Source: a virus
IMG/VR virus record: IMGVR_UViG_3300044825_002608
Span: 35,658 to 99,657 of that record
Direction: 5' to 3' (one strand)
DNA length: 64,000 bases
Both the position numbers and the translations under genes were made by a program. How positions within the stretch are numbered: the first letter of the stretch is position 1; each line of letters begins with the position of its first letter. This document shows, in pieces, positions 10,050 to 19,134 of the stretch. The notes beneath the pieces were generated by a model. That model did not search any database. It was not told where the DNA came from and was given only the letters and a program-made list of their open reading frames with translations.

Positions 10050-10990
10050 AAATAAGTATTATTGGTCCAAATACTCCCATCCCTCCTATTGGATGGGGTG
10101 CTGTTGAGAGTTTGATATGGGATGTCAAACTAACATTAGATGAATTGGGACACAATGTTCAGATCATCAACGTTGGAGATCCTTATAAGATCATTCAAAT
10201 GATTAACGAGTATCGTCCAGATTTTGTTCACATCAATTATGATGATTGGATTAGTATCTATCCATATGTTCAATATCCATGTGCGGTAACAACACACTTT
10301 GCATATATTGAACGACCAGAAATGATGGGCGATTATCGCCAAAGAATTTTCGATCAGTTTAAAAAAATTAAACCAAATGTATTTGGATTGTCTGAAGGGA
10401 TTAATCACATCTACGAAAATCTTTCAAATATTCCTAAAAGCAAACTTTATTTGAACCACAATGGTGTTGCCTTAAAAAATTTTAGAGTAACTTCAAATCC
10501 AAAGTATTCTGATAGATCAATCTATCTTGCAAAAATCGATTACAGAAAACGGCAACATATGTTTCAAAAAATTGATTCTCTTTGGTATGCTGGGAATATT
10601 GCAGATTATAGATTTGACTCTAATAAAAATTATCTTGGTGAGTGGCAAAAAAATTATCTTTATGAAAACTTGACTGAGTATGGTAACTTAGTTCTATTGA
10701 GTGATGGTGAGGCACATCCTCTAGTTTGTATGGAAGCATTTGCTGCTGGACTGGGGGTAGTTATTAGTCAGTGGGCAGCGGCAAATTTAGATCTTAAAAA
10801 AGAGTTTATTACGGTTATACCTGAAGATAAAATAAATGATATTGAGTTCGTCGATGAATGTATTAAACGTAATAGGGAATATTCTATTCAAAATAGGAGT
10901 GAGATATTAGAATATGCAAAACAGTTTGATTGGAAAAATGTAATCAGCAATTATTACATACCAAATATTAAAAAGGTTATTGAATTATGA
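10046..10990 (+). CDS. GT4-like glycosyltransferase (paralog of 9090)
   Basis: IPPIGWGAVE; EAHPLVCMEAFAAG EX7E motif. Confidence 0.8.
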   Translation: MKISIIGPNTPIPPIGWGAVESLIWDVKLTLDELGHNVQIINVGDPYKIIQMINEYRPDFVHINYDDWISIYPYVQYPCAVTTHFAYIERPEMMGDYRQRIFDQFKKIKPNVFGLSEGINHIYENLSNIPKSKLYLNHNGVALKNFRVTSNPKYSDRSIYLAKIDYRKRQHMFQKIDSLWYAGNIADYRFDSNKNYLGEWQKNYLYENLTEYGNLVLLSDGEAHPLVCMEAFAAGLGVVISQWAAANLDLKKEFITVIPEDKINDIEFVDECIKRNREYSIQNRSEILEYAKQFDWKNVISNYYIPNIKKVIEL

Positions 10991-11778
10991 TAGGATTTAA
11001 TTCTTTAGGAAAACTTGGAAGATTTGGAAATCAAATGTTTCAATATGCTGCTCTCAAAGGAATCGCTAGTAATCGAGGATATGAAATTTGCATACCAATA
11101 TCTGAGAGTAAAAATGAATGGACTGATCATCAACTTAACTGTGCATTTAAGATGTCAACTTTAAATCAGTTGAACTATCAATACATTGACTATGATCGTC
11201 CTACTGTAGTTGAAAGTGGATTTTCTTTTGATGAAAAATTATTTAATGAGTGTCCTGATTGGGTAACTATTCAAGGGTTTTTTCAAACAGAAAAATACTT
11301 TAAACATATTCGCAATCAACTCTTAATTGATTTTCAATTTCATGATGATATTTTAGAACCTGCAAAAGAAGTTATTCTAAATTGGAAAAATCCAGTTGCT
11401 CTTCATATACGCAGAACGGATTACATTACAAATCCAAATCACAGTGTATTACCTATTGAGTATTACGAAAAATCTTTGAAAGAATTTGATGAAAATTGTG
11501 AAATAATTATATTCTCTGATGATCCTCAGTGGTGTGCAGAGCAAAAACTTTTTGAATCTGATAGATTTATGATTTCTGAAACAGATAATAACTACTTAGA
11601 CATGTGCCTTATGTCTCTTTGCTCTGGGCATATTATTGCCAATAGTTCTTTTAGTTGGTGGGGTGCGTGGTTGTCGAATAGTAAAAAAGTTATTGCCCCA
11701 TCAAATTGGTTTGGTGAGTCTCATAATAAACACCTAGATACTAAAGATCTTATACCGGAAAATTGGATGGTGATTTGA
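10987..11778 (+). CDS. alpha-1,2-fucosyltransferase (GT11)
   Basis: GRFGNQMFQYA, GFFQTEKYF, HIRRTDY, IFSDD, IIANSSFSWWGAWL. Confidence 0.93.
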   Translation: MIGFNSLGKLGRFGNQMFQYAALKGIASNRGYEICIPISESKNEWTDHQLNCAFKMSTLNQLNYQYIDYDRPTVVESGFSFDEKLFNECPDWVTIQGFFQTEKYFKHIRNQLLIDFQFHDDILEPAKEVILNWKNPVALHIRRTDYITNPNHSVLPIEYYEKSLKEFDENCEIIIFSDDPQWCAEQKLFESDRFMISETDNNYLDMCLMSLCSGHIIANSSFSWWGAWLSNSKKVIAPSNWFGESHNKHLDTKDLIPENWMVI

Positions 11779-12494
11779 TGAAAGTTGCAATTGTATTCAT
11801 TGGTACTTCAAAGTATTTAAATTTTCTTCCAAAATACTATGACAATATCCATGAAAATTTTCTTCCCAATTCAGAAAAAACATTTTTAGTTTTTACCGAT
11901 GGTGAGGGAGATTTTCCTGAAGATATTAAAGTCTACCCTCAGGAACATCTTGAGTGGCCTTATATTACATTAACTCGTTTTGAGATTATTAATAGGGCAA
12001 GGGAAGAAATTCTTAAAAATGATTGGTTAGTATTTTTGGATGCCGATACTCTTGTTGTAGATAAAGTATCTGAAGAAGAATTTTTTACAGACAAGCATTT
12101 ATTTGGAGTTTGGCATCCTTGCCATTACTTACAAATGCCTCCGCATAATAAATTGCCTGGAGCATTTGAAACTAATTCAAAATCTTTATCTTATGTTGAC
12201 GTTGAAAAGGAAATGCCATCCATTTACTATCAGGGATGTTTATGGGGAGGAAAAGTTCCTTATGTGCTAGAAATGATTGATGAACTTCAAGATAGGGTAA
12301 ATAAAGATCTTGATAATGATGTTGTTGCTATTTGGCATGATGAAAGTCATTTGAACAAATATTTTATAGAACATAACAACGATGTTCATACTTTAAATTC
12401 TGAATATGCTTATCCTGAAGTATTTTCTGAATATTGTAACTTTGAACCAAAAATTATTCACCTTGCAAAAGATAATTCTAAGTATCAAACTTAA
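11778..12494 (+). CDS. GT6 family glycosyltransferase (alpha-1,3-Gal/GalNAc transferase)
   Basis: VFTD, DAD (DXD) motif, YYQGCLWGG, WHDESHLNKYF. Confidence 0.92.
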   Translation: MKVAIVFIGTSKYLNFLPKYYDNIHENFLPNSEKTFLVFTDGEGDFPEDIKVYPQEHLEWPYITLTRFEIINRAREEILKNDWLVFLDADTLVVDKVSEEEFFTDKHLFGVWHPCHYLQMPPHNKLPGAFETNSKSLSYVDVEKEMPSIYYQGCLWGGKVPYVLEMIDELQDRVNKDLDNDVVAIWHDESHLNKYFIEHNNDVHTLNSEYAYPEVFSEYCNFEPKIIHLAKDNSKYQT

Positions 12495-12497
12495 AAA

Positions 12498-13292
12498 ATG
12501 GACAAAAATAAATCTGCATATAAACTAAAAAACATTGCTCCAATTTATTATCTTAATCTTGATGGGCAACCTGAGAGAATGGAGTACATGGAGGAGCAAT
12601 TTAAATATTGGGAAATAGAAAATTACACTCGCATTTCTGCTTATGATGGACGTGAAGATGATCTAAGCGATATTGTCAAGGGACGTTATCCAGAAAATAT
12701 GACTTCTGGAGAAATTGGATGTACAACTTCTCATCTAAAAGCAATTAAACACTGGTATGAAACTAGTGACTCTCCCTATGCAATTTTCATGGAAGATGAT
12801 GTGGACTTGCAACTTGTTAAATTTTGGAATTTTACATGGAAGGATTTTGCATCTAAATTGCCTTATGATTGGGATGTTATTCAACTTGCAATTATCTGCA
12901 CAGGAAACCTACACGTAAAACTTCACAAAAGGTTTGTAAATGATTTTTCTACCGCTGCATACATGATTACGCGACATCATGCAGAAAAACTCATAAAATT
13001 TCATATTCGTGATGATAAGTACAAATTAGATCAAGGTGTAAAACCTAGAGCAGTTGCAGATGATCTAATTTATAACTCTGGTAATACGTATTCAATACCT
13101 CTATTTCTGTATCGTATTGAACTTGGGTCATCAATTCATCCAGAACATATTGATGTTTTTCATCGAGGTAGTCATGATGGACTGCTTCAATTTTGGGAAA
13201 AGCAGGGGTATGAAATGAATATTGATGATCTGATGGACTATGATCCATATTTGGGAAGAATCACGGAGTCTTCCCAACCGCACGGTCAGTGA
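12498..13292 (+). CDS. GT25 family glycosyltransferase
   Basis: YYLNLD...ER, GEIGCTTSHL, IFMEDD. Confidence 0.88.
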   Translation: MDKNKSAYKLKNIAPIYYLNLDGQPERMEYMEEQFKYWEIENYTRISAYDGREDDLSDIVKGRYPENMTSGEIGCTTSHLKAIKHWYETSDSPYAIFMEDDVDLQLVKFWNFTWKDFASKLPYDWDVIQLAIICTGNLHVKLHKRFVNDFSTAAYMITRHHAEKLIKFHIRDDKYKLDQGVKPRAVADDLIYNSGNTYSIPLFLYRIELGSSIHPEHIDVFHRGSHDGLLQFWEKQGYEMNIDDLMDYDPYLGRITESSQPHGQ

Positions 13293-13308
13293 ATCCTTAC
13301 AAAATCGC

Positions 13309-13337
13309 TTGACAGCAACTCCTCTCTCATATATAAT
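13309..13337 (+). promoter_or_regulatory. sigma70-type (early) promoter for hli
   Basis: TTGACA-17 nt-TATAAT, a perfect consensus. Confidence 0.85.
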
Positions 13338-13361
13338 GTTGTTACAATTCGTAATAAAAAA

Positions 13362-13556
13362 ATGACCGTTACAACTAATGAACGTGGGCAGCAAAATATT
13401 TTTGCTAAAGAACCCACGATGTATTATGAAAATTATGGAATGTATTCCCCTAACGAAATTAAGGAGCGGACTAATGGACGCTGGGCAATGCTCGGCATTA
13501 TTGCTGGGTTTATTTCTTATTCTATCACTGGCAACTTCTTCTTCGGTATCTTCTGA
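13362..13556 (+). CDS. hli: high-light-inducible protein
   Basis: ERTNGRWAMLG chlorophyll-binding motif followed by a TM helix. Confidence 0.93.
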   Translation: MTVTTNERGQQNIFAKEPTMYYENYGMYSPNEIKERTNGRWAMLGIIAGFISYSITGNFFFGIF

Positions 13557-13642
13557 TGACTGAAGTAATCTTTACTTTCACCTCAGTTGCATTTTTTGTG
13601 CTTTTGGGGTATGCTGTTAATCAACTCTCTGAGACATATTGA
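13556..13642 (+). CDS. small membrane peptide (28 aa)
   Basis: MTEVIFTFTSVAFFVLLGYAVNQLSETY; TGATG overlaps at both ends. Confidence 0.6.
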   Translation: MTEVIFTFTSVAFFVLLGYAVNQLSETY

Positions 13643-13899
13643 TGACTGCTGAAATGCTTGAGAAACTTACTATTGCCCTCCAAGAACTTGGTTGGGATGT
13701 TGATGATGAACTTTCTGTAGACATTGGTGGTGTGGCTGTCACAGGAACTGCCACTAACCCTGAAGCAAATCCAAAATGGGCAAAACCATTTGGAACTGTC
13801 TCTTATCAAAATGATGCTTTCATTGTAATTAAAAATAAGAACAGGAACCCAGTTGTTCCTTCAGTTCCAAATCCTGATCTCAAACAAAAACATTCTTAA
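13642..13899 (+). CDS. hypothetical cyanophage protein
   Basis: Translationally coupled ORF with phage-like codon usage. Confidence 0.7.
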   Translation: MTAEMLEKLTIALQELGWDVDDELSVDIGGVAVTGTATNPEANPKWAKPFGTVSYQNDAFIVIKNKNRNPVVPSVPNPDLKQKHS

Positions 13900-13913
13900 T
13901 AAGGAGTAAACTA

Positions 13914-14033
13914 ATGGAAAAAATCTTTACTGAAAAAGCAGAACGCTGGAATGGTCGTCTTGCAATGCTAGGATTCGTCGCCGCTGTTGGTGCATATCTT
14001 ATTACTGGTCAAGTAATTCCTGGAGTATGGTGA
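13914..14033 (+). CDS. hli: high-light-inducible protein (39 aa; absent from the ORF track)
   Basis: AAGGAG RBS; MEKIFTEKAERWNGRLAMLGFVAAVGAYLITGQVIPGVW. Confidence 0.95.
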   Translation: MEKIFTEKAERWNGRLAMLGFVAAVGAYLITGQVIPGVW

Positions 14034-14047
14034 ATCCATAATAATTG

Positions 14048-14083
14048 AAGACCCTCTCTATATAAAGGAGAGGGTCTTTTTTT
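14048..14083 (+). terminator. rho-independent terminator
   Basis: AAGACCCTCTC / GAGAGGGTCTT stem followed by a T tract. Confidence 0.85.
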
Positions 14084-14245
14084 ATGCCTAGAAATATTTT
14101 GACTAAAGATGAAATTCGAGTCCATGTTGAAAAATTGAAAAAAGAGTTGTATAATAGTGAGGTCTCTTGGACTTCGGATCCCAAATCTCTTGCTCACCAG
14201 TATCTCAATCGAGTCTTAGATAAGATCGCTGAGTACAGGGGTTGA
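14084..14245 (+). CDS. hypothetical protein (53 aa)
   Basis: MPRNILTKDEIRVHVEKLKKELY...AHQYLNRVLDKIAEYRG; fills the gap before the psbA promoter. Confidence 0.65.
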   Translation: MPRNILTKDEIRVHVEKLKKELYNSEVSWTSDPKSLAHQYLNRVLDKIAEYRG

Positions 14246-14270
14246 CGGGAAACGAACCAAGTGCTATACT
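14242..14270 (+). promoter_or_regulatory. sigma70-type promoter of psbA
   Basis: TTGACG-17 nt-TATACT. Confidence 0.75.
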
Positions 14271-14347
14271 AAATAAGTGTTAAGGAATGTTAGCAAATAC
14301 TAACAAACCTTAACAATTCATGTAAACCTAACGTTCTTTTTAAAACT

Positions 14348-16597
14348 ATGACTGCTACTATCGCTCGTCAGCGTGGTGGAAGTAACACTTGGGAACAATT
14401 CTGTGAGTGGGTAACTTCTACCAATAACCGTCTTTATGTCGGTTGGTTTGGAACTCTAATGATTCCTACCCTTCTCGCTGCTACTATTTGTTTCATTGTT
14501 GCTTTCATTGCCGCCCCTCCCGTAGACATACTGCTTTAATCTGTGTCCTTCATCCGTAAGGGTGATGTTAAAACTGGGTGAATTGCTGGAAACCGAAAGG
14601 CAATCAGCAGCCAAGCCTTAGGTACACCTAAGGAAGGTTCAGAGACTACCTGAGGGGTTTAGTCCCCTTAATAACAGGCAAGAGTGCCCAGCCCCTTTAA
14701 TAACTTATAAAGGGTGAAGATATAGTCCAAACTTCACAGAGTAATCTGTAACAACCTAAGTCTTATGATATGGTTGTTTATATGAAGTTGAGACGGGATT
14801 CGTGAACCAGTCGCTGGTTCTCTAATGTATGGAAACAACATCATTTCTGGTGCTGTTGTTCCTAGTTCAAATGCGATTGGATTGCATTCGTAAAGGAGTG
14901 CCTTATATCAGAAATGGTATAAGAAAATCGGGTGAATTGCTGGAAACCTAACCCAGTAAAAGGATAAAAATGTATAAATAATAATATGGAATACACTTTT
15001 ATCCTAATGACTATCTACGAACAGTTTATTGAGTATTGTAAATCAAACAACTTTGATAGTGAGTATTATGAAAAACACCATATTGTCCCAAAACATAATG
15101 GTGGAACTGACGAAAAAGAAAATCTGATTTACTTACCTCCTCATATTCATACACTCGCACATTATTATCGTTGGTTGTCATTTCAGGAAATAGGTGACAA
15201 AGTTGCTTATGAAATGAGATGGAACCAAGATATTAAAAGTGTAAAACTTCGTTCTCAACTTGCTGTTAAAAGTAATAAAGAAAAAGGTAATCTTTTTTGG
15301 AATACTGAATGGCAAAGAGAACAAGGATTAAAGGGTGGAAAAAAAGGAGGTTCTGCTAATACTCAAAACCAGTTTCTTGCCAGACAAAAAGTTGGTAAAA
15401 CTTATGGAAAGCAAGTTGGACTTTCAAGACAAAAAGGTGATTTAGTAGAAATGCTAAAAAACTCAACGACTTGGAAACATAAAACTGGAAAAACTGTTAC
15501 TCTTCCTCCACAAGAAAGTATTACTAAACTTTGTGAGAAACTTCAAAGTATTGAATATTTTGAAACTCCTAACAAAGCTCTTATAGGAAAACTTCTTCGT
15601 GCAGAAAAGAAACAACTTTATGGATGGTCTTTTACTGGTATGGCAATCAGCAGCCAAGTCCCAAGTACACTTGGGAAAGGTTCAGAGACTACCTGAGGAG
15701 TTCAGTCTCCTTAATAACAGGTTTAAGTGCCCGACACCCTCAATTTAGGGTGATGATATAGTCCACACCATATGGAAACTTATGGGTTATGTGTTCTATC
15801 CAATCTGGGAAGCTGCTTCCCTTGATGAATGGCTCTACAACGGTGGTCCTTACCAACTTGTAGTCTTCCACTTCCTTATTGGTATCTATACCTATATGGG
15901 TCGTGAATGGGAACTTTCATACCGTCTAGGTATGCGTCCTTGGATCTGTGTTGCTTACAGTGCTCCCGTCGCTGCTGCTTCTGCTGTGTTCCTGGTCTAT
16001 CCTTTCGGTCAAGGTTCTTTCTCTGATGGTATGCCTCTGGGTATCTCTGGTACTTTCAACTTCATGCTTGTGTTCCAGGCAGAGCACAACATTCTGATGC
16101 ACCCATTCCATATGATGGGCGTGGCTGGCGTATTTGGTGGTTCTCTATTCAGTGCTATGCACGGTTCTCTAGTAACTTCAAGCCTAGTACGAGAAACTAC
16201 CGAAAATGAAAGTCAAAATTATGGTTACAAGTTCGGTCAAGAAGAAGAGACCTACAACATCGTAGCTGCACATGGTTATTTTGGTCGTCTTATCTTCCAA
16301 TATGCTTCGTTCAACAACTCTCGTTCACTGCACTTCTTCCTTGCTGCTTGGCCAGTTGTAGGTATCTGGTTCACTGCTCTTGGTGTAAGCACCATGGCCT
16401 TCAATTTGAACGGAATTAATCTAAATCAGTCTATCCTTGATAGTCAGAATCGTGTTATTAATTCTTGGGCAGATGTGCTAAATCGTGCCAACCTCGGGAT
16501 CGAAGTAATGCACGAAAGGAACGCACATAATTTTCCTCTAGATTTGGCTGCTGTTGAGCACACTCCTGTTGCTCTAACTGCACCTTCTATTGGTTGA
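14348..16597 (+). CDS. psbA: photosystem II D1 protein, three exons: join(14348..14529,14791..14887,15794..16597), 360 aa
   Basis: Spliced length 182+97+804=1083 nt restores AAPPVD-I-DGIREP and IGLH-FYPIWE. D1 motifs are clear throughout. Confidence 0.97.
14530..14790 (+). mobile_element. group I intron 1 in psbA (261 nt, no ORF)
   Basis: Exon ends in U and intron ends in G. P1 GACAU/GUGUC has the U.G wobble. P/Q/R/S cores GAATTGCTGGAAAC, AATCAGCAGCCAAG, GTTCAGAGACTA, GAAGATATAGTCC. Confidence 0.93.
14888..15793 (+). mobile_element. group I intron 2 in psbA, carrying an HNH homing endonuclease
   Basis: P1 GCAUUC/GAGUGC with U.G at the splice site; same P/Q/R/S cores; terminal G precedes TTC TAT CCA. 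Confidence 0.93.
14986..15696 (+). CDS. intron-encoded HNH homing endonuclease (true start may be the ATG at 15007)
   Basis: [12 protein letters not shown]...NLIYL...HTLAH. T4 late promoter TATAAATA at 14973-14980. Confidence 0.88.
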   Translation: MEYTFILMTIYEQFIEYCKSNNFDSEYYEKHHIVPKHNGGTDEKENLIYLPPHIHTLAHYYRWLSFQEIGDKVAYEMRWNQDIKSVKLRSQLAVKSNKEKGNLFWNTEWQREQGLKGGKKGGSANTQNQFLARQKVGKTYGKQVGLSRQKGDLVEMLKNSTTWKHKTGKTVTLPPQESITKLCEKLQSIEYFETPNKALIGKLLRAEKKQLYGWSFTGMAISSQVPSTLGKGSETT

Positions 16598-16616
16598 TAA
16601 AAACTTAATAGTTTTT

Positions 16617-16643
16617 AAGACCTCCTTCGGGAGGTCTTTTTTT
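16617..16643 (+). terminator. psbA terminator
   Basis: AAGACCTCC-TTCG-GGAGGTCTT followed by a T tract. Confidence 0.9.
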
Positions 16644-16691
16644 ATGTCTAATTGACTAAATAGTTAAATCTATGGTATAATAAGTTTAACT

Positions 16692-17159
16692 ATGAATATC
16701 CAAACCATGAAAACATGCAATGTATGTGGTAAAATAAAATCACTTTCGGAATATTATCCGACAAGATTTAAAAGTAAAGAGTTTCCTGACAAAACTTATT
16801 ATCATGGAAAATGCAAATCTTGTTTTATTAAGGCAAAACAAAAAGACTATACTCCAGATAAAGGAAGAGATAAAAATCTAAGGCATAAGTATGGAATATC
16901 ATTAGAAGATTATAATATTCTTTTAGAAAAACAGAATAATTGCTGTGCTATTTGTAGAAGCACAGATCCAAAAGGTAGAAAATCTGGCAGGGGAGGAGCA
17001 GTAGAAGTTTTTTATGTTGATCACGACCATAAAACTGGAAATGTGAGAGGATTGCTTTGTAACATTTGTAATAGAACTATGGGGTATATTGGAGAAAATT
17101 CTGGTGTATTAGAAGAAATGATTAAATACCTCGAACAACATAAATCAAATGTCTCATAA
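16692..17159 (+). CDS. free-standing endonuclease VII-type homing endonuclease (F-CphI-like)
   Basis: CNVC N-terminus; YGISLEDY...QNNCCAIC...VDHDHKTGNVRGLLCNICN. Directly downstream of psbA, with a TTGACT..TATAAT promoter at 16652-16681. Confidence 0.88.
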   Translation: MNIQTMKTCNVCGKIKSLSEYYPTRFKSKEFPDKTYYHGKCKSCFIKAKQKDYTPDKGRDKNLRHKYGISLEDYNILLEKQNNCCAICRSTDPKGRKSGRGGAVEVFYVDHDHKTGNVRGLLCNICNRTMGYIGENSGVLEEMIKYLEQHKSNVS

Positions 17160-17271
17160 TAATCAACACGAACCCATGGAAGATTGGGTAATCTGGGCAG
17201 GAGTAGGTATTATGATGTTTACAGTTATTATTTTTGTCGTATTTACTCTATCAATGATGTATTGGGGATAA
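17149..17271 (+). CDS. small membrane protein (40 aa)
   Basis: MSHNNQHEPMEDWVIWAGVGIMMFTVIIFVVFTLSMMYWG. Confidence 0.6.
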   Translation: MSHNNQHEPMEDWVIWAGVGIMMFTVIIFVVFTLSMMYWG

Positions 17272-17303
17272 GATATAACTATTAATGGTTTCTATTAAAA
17301 ACC

Positions 17304-17852
17304 ATGAAGAAAGTAGCAATCTTTGGTTCAGCAAGAACAAATTCCGAATCCGGACTTTATAAGGCAGTAGAAAAACTTGGTAGAAATATCGCAGCAGAAG
17401 GATGGATAGTAGTTACTGGTGGTGGTCCAGGAACTATGGAAGCAGCAAATAAAGGAGCAATGAGTGCTTGTATTGGAAATTCTCTTTGTTCTGTTGCGGA
17501 AGCGATTTATTTGCCCTTCGAGGAAAATGTAAATCCATATGTTCAAGAATATGAGCAGCATCAAACTTTTTATTCGAGGTTGAAAACTTTTGCAGACTGT
17601 GATGCCTTTATTGTAACTCCTGGAGGTATTGGAACACTTCTTGAGATGGCAATGATTTATCAATTGGTTCAAGTGAATCATATCGACAAAAAACCAATTA
17701 TTTGTGTTGGTAAAATGTGGAGAACATTTAAAACTTGGTTAGAAGACGAAATGTTAGATAATGGATTTCTCAATAATGAAGAAATGAAACTCATACATTA
17801 TGTGGATAGATTTTCTGAAGCAACTCATTTACTCAAAGGATTGTTGACTTGA
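17304..17852 (+). CDS. LOG-family (SLOG) nucleotide phosphoribohydrolase
   Basis: VAIFGSAR, TGGGPGTMEAANKGA, PGGIGTLLE signature. Confidence 0.9.
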   Translation: MKKVAIFGSARTNSESGLYKAVEKLGRNIAAEGWIVVTGGGPGTMEAANKGAMSACIGNSLCSVAEAIYLPFEENVNPYVQEYEQHQTFYSRLKTFADCDAFIVTPGGIGTLLEMAMIYQLVQVNHIDKKPIICVGKMWRTFKTWLEDEMLDNGFLNNEEMKLIHYVDRFSEATHLLKGLLT

Positions 17853-17865
17853 GTAATATTACTTA

Positions 17866-17894
17866 TTGACTCTTATGTTAAGAAATGCTAACAT
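17866..17894 (+). promoter_or_regulatory. sigma70-type promoter of psbD
   Basis: TTGACT-17 nt-TAACAT with an extended -10 TG. Confidence 0.6.
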
Positions 17895-17920
17895 AAATAT
17901 GAGAAATTACATTGGAGTCT

Positions 17921-18982
17921 ATGGTATCTTCAACACTTTCACAACCAATTCAACAACGAGGATGGTTTGATGTACTTGACGATTGGCTTAAGCGTGATAG
18001 GTTTGTTTTTGTCGGTTGGTCTGGTTTACTATTATTCCCGACTGCTTATCTCGCTCTGGGTGGTTGGCTTACGGGAACTACGTTCGCAACCAGTTGGTAT
18101 ACTCATGGTATTGCGAGTTCTTACCTTGAGGGTTGCAATTTCCTTACCGCTGCTGTTTCTACTCCTGCTGATGCTCTCGGACATTCCCTTCTACTTCTTT
18201 GGGGTCCAGAAGCTCAGGGAGATTTCGTCCGTTGGATCCAACTTGGGGGACTCTGGACTTTTGTGGCACTACACGGATCTTTCGCTTTAATTGGATTTAT
18301 GCTTCGCCAGTTTGAGATTGCTCGACTGGTTGGTATCCGCCCTTACAACGCAATTGCATTCTCTGGTCCGATTGCGGTGTTTGTGAGTGTGTTTCTGATG
18401 TATCCACTGGGTCAATCCAGTTGGTTCTTTGCTCCCTCCTTTGGAGTTGCTGCTATCTTCCGATTTCTTCTGTTTATTCAAGGATTTCATAATTATCTGT
18501 TAAATCCGTTTCATATGATGGGAGTTGCTGGTATACTAGGTGGAGCACTTCTCTGTGCTATTCATGGTGCAACAGTTGAAAATACTCTATTTGAAGATGG
18601 TGATAAAGCAAATACTTTCAAAGCATTTGAACCGACTCAAGAAGAAGAAACCTATTCTATGGTCACAGCTAATCGTTTTTGGTCACAAATTTTTGGCATT
18701 GCTTTCAGTAACAAGCGTTGGTTGCATTTCTTTATGCTTTTTGTTCCTGTCATGGGTCTTTGGACATCTTCTATTGGGATTATTGGTCTTGCTCTCAATC
18801 TACGTGCTTATGATTTTGTAAGTCAGGAGATTCGTGCAGCAGAAGATCCAGAATTTGAGACTTTCTACACAAAAAATATACTGCTTAACGAAGGTCTTCG
18901 TGCTTGGATGGCACCAGTAGATCAACCTCATGAGAACTTTGTGTTTCCAGAAGAGGTGTTGCCTCGCGGTAATGCTCTATGA
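17921..18982 (+). CDS. psbD: photosystem II D2 protein
   Basis: [23 protein letters not shown] ... [12 protein letters not shown]. Confidence 0.98.
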   Translation: MVSSTLSQPIQQRGWFDVLDDWLKRDRFVFVGWSGLLLFPTAYLALGGWLTGTTFATSWYTHGIASSYLEGCNFLTAAVSTPADALGHSLLLLWGPEAQGDFVRWIQLGGLWTFVALHGSFALIGFMLRQFEIARLVGIRPYNAIAFSGPIAVFVSVFLMYPLGQSSWFFAPSFGVAAIFRFLLFIQGFHNYLLNPFHMMGVAGILGGALLCAIHGATVENTLFEDGDKANTFKAFEPTQEEETYSMVTANRFWSQIFGIAFSNKRWLHFFMLFVPVMGLWTSSIGIIGLALNLRAYDFVSQEIRAAEDPEFETFYTKNILLNEGLRAWMAPVDQPHENFVFPEEVLPRGNAL

Positions 18983-18988
18983 TATAAT

Positions 18989-19011
18989 GGAGGGGAAACC
19001 CTCCTTTTTTT
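18989..19011 (+). terminator. psbD terminator
   Basis: GGAGGG-GAAA-CCCTCC followed by a T tract. Confidence 0.85.
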
Positions 19012-19134
19012 ATGATATCTTCAACAACTCCATATAAACTCGCAGACATACTTAGAGATACCTGGCCACAACTTTACAGGAAACCACAAGTACCGTATAA
19101 TAAGGAAAAGACTTCTAAAAATGAGAAAGTATAA
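19012..19134 (+). CDS. small hypothetical protein (40 aa)
   Basis: MISSTTPYKLADILRDTWPQLY...; overlaps the next start codon. Confidence 0.5.
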   Translation: MISSTTPYKLADILRDTWPQLYRKPQVPYNKEKTSKNEKV

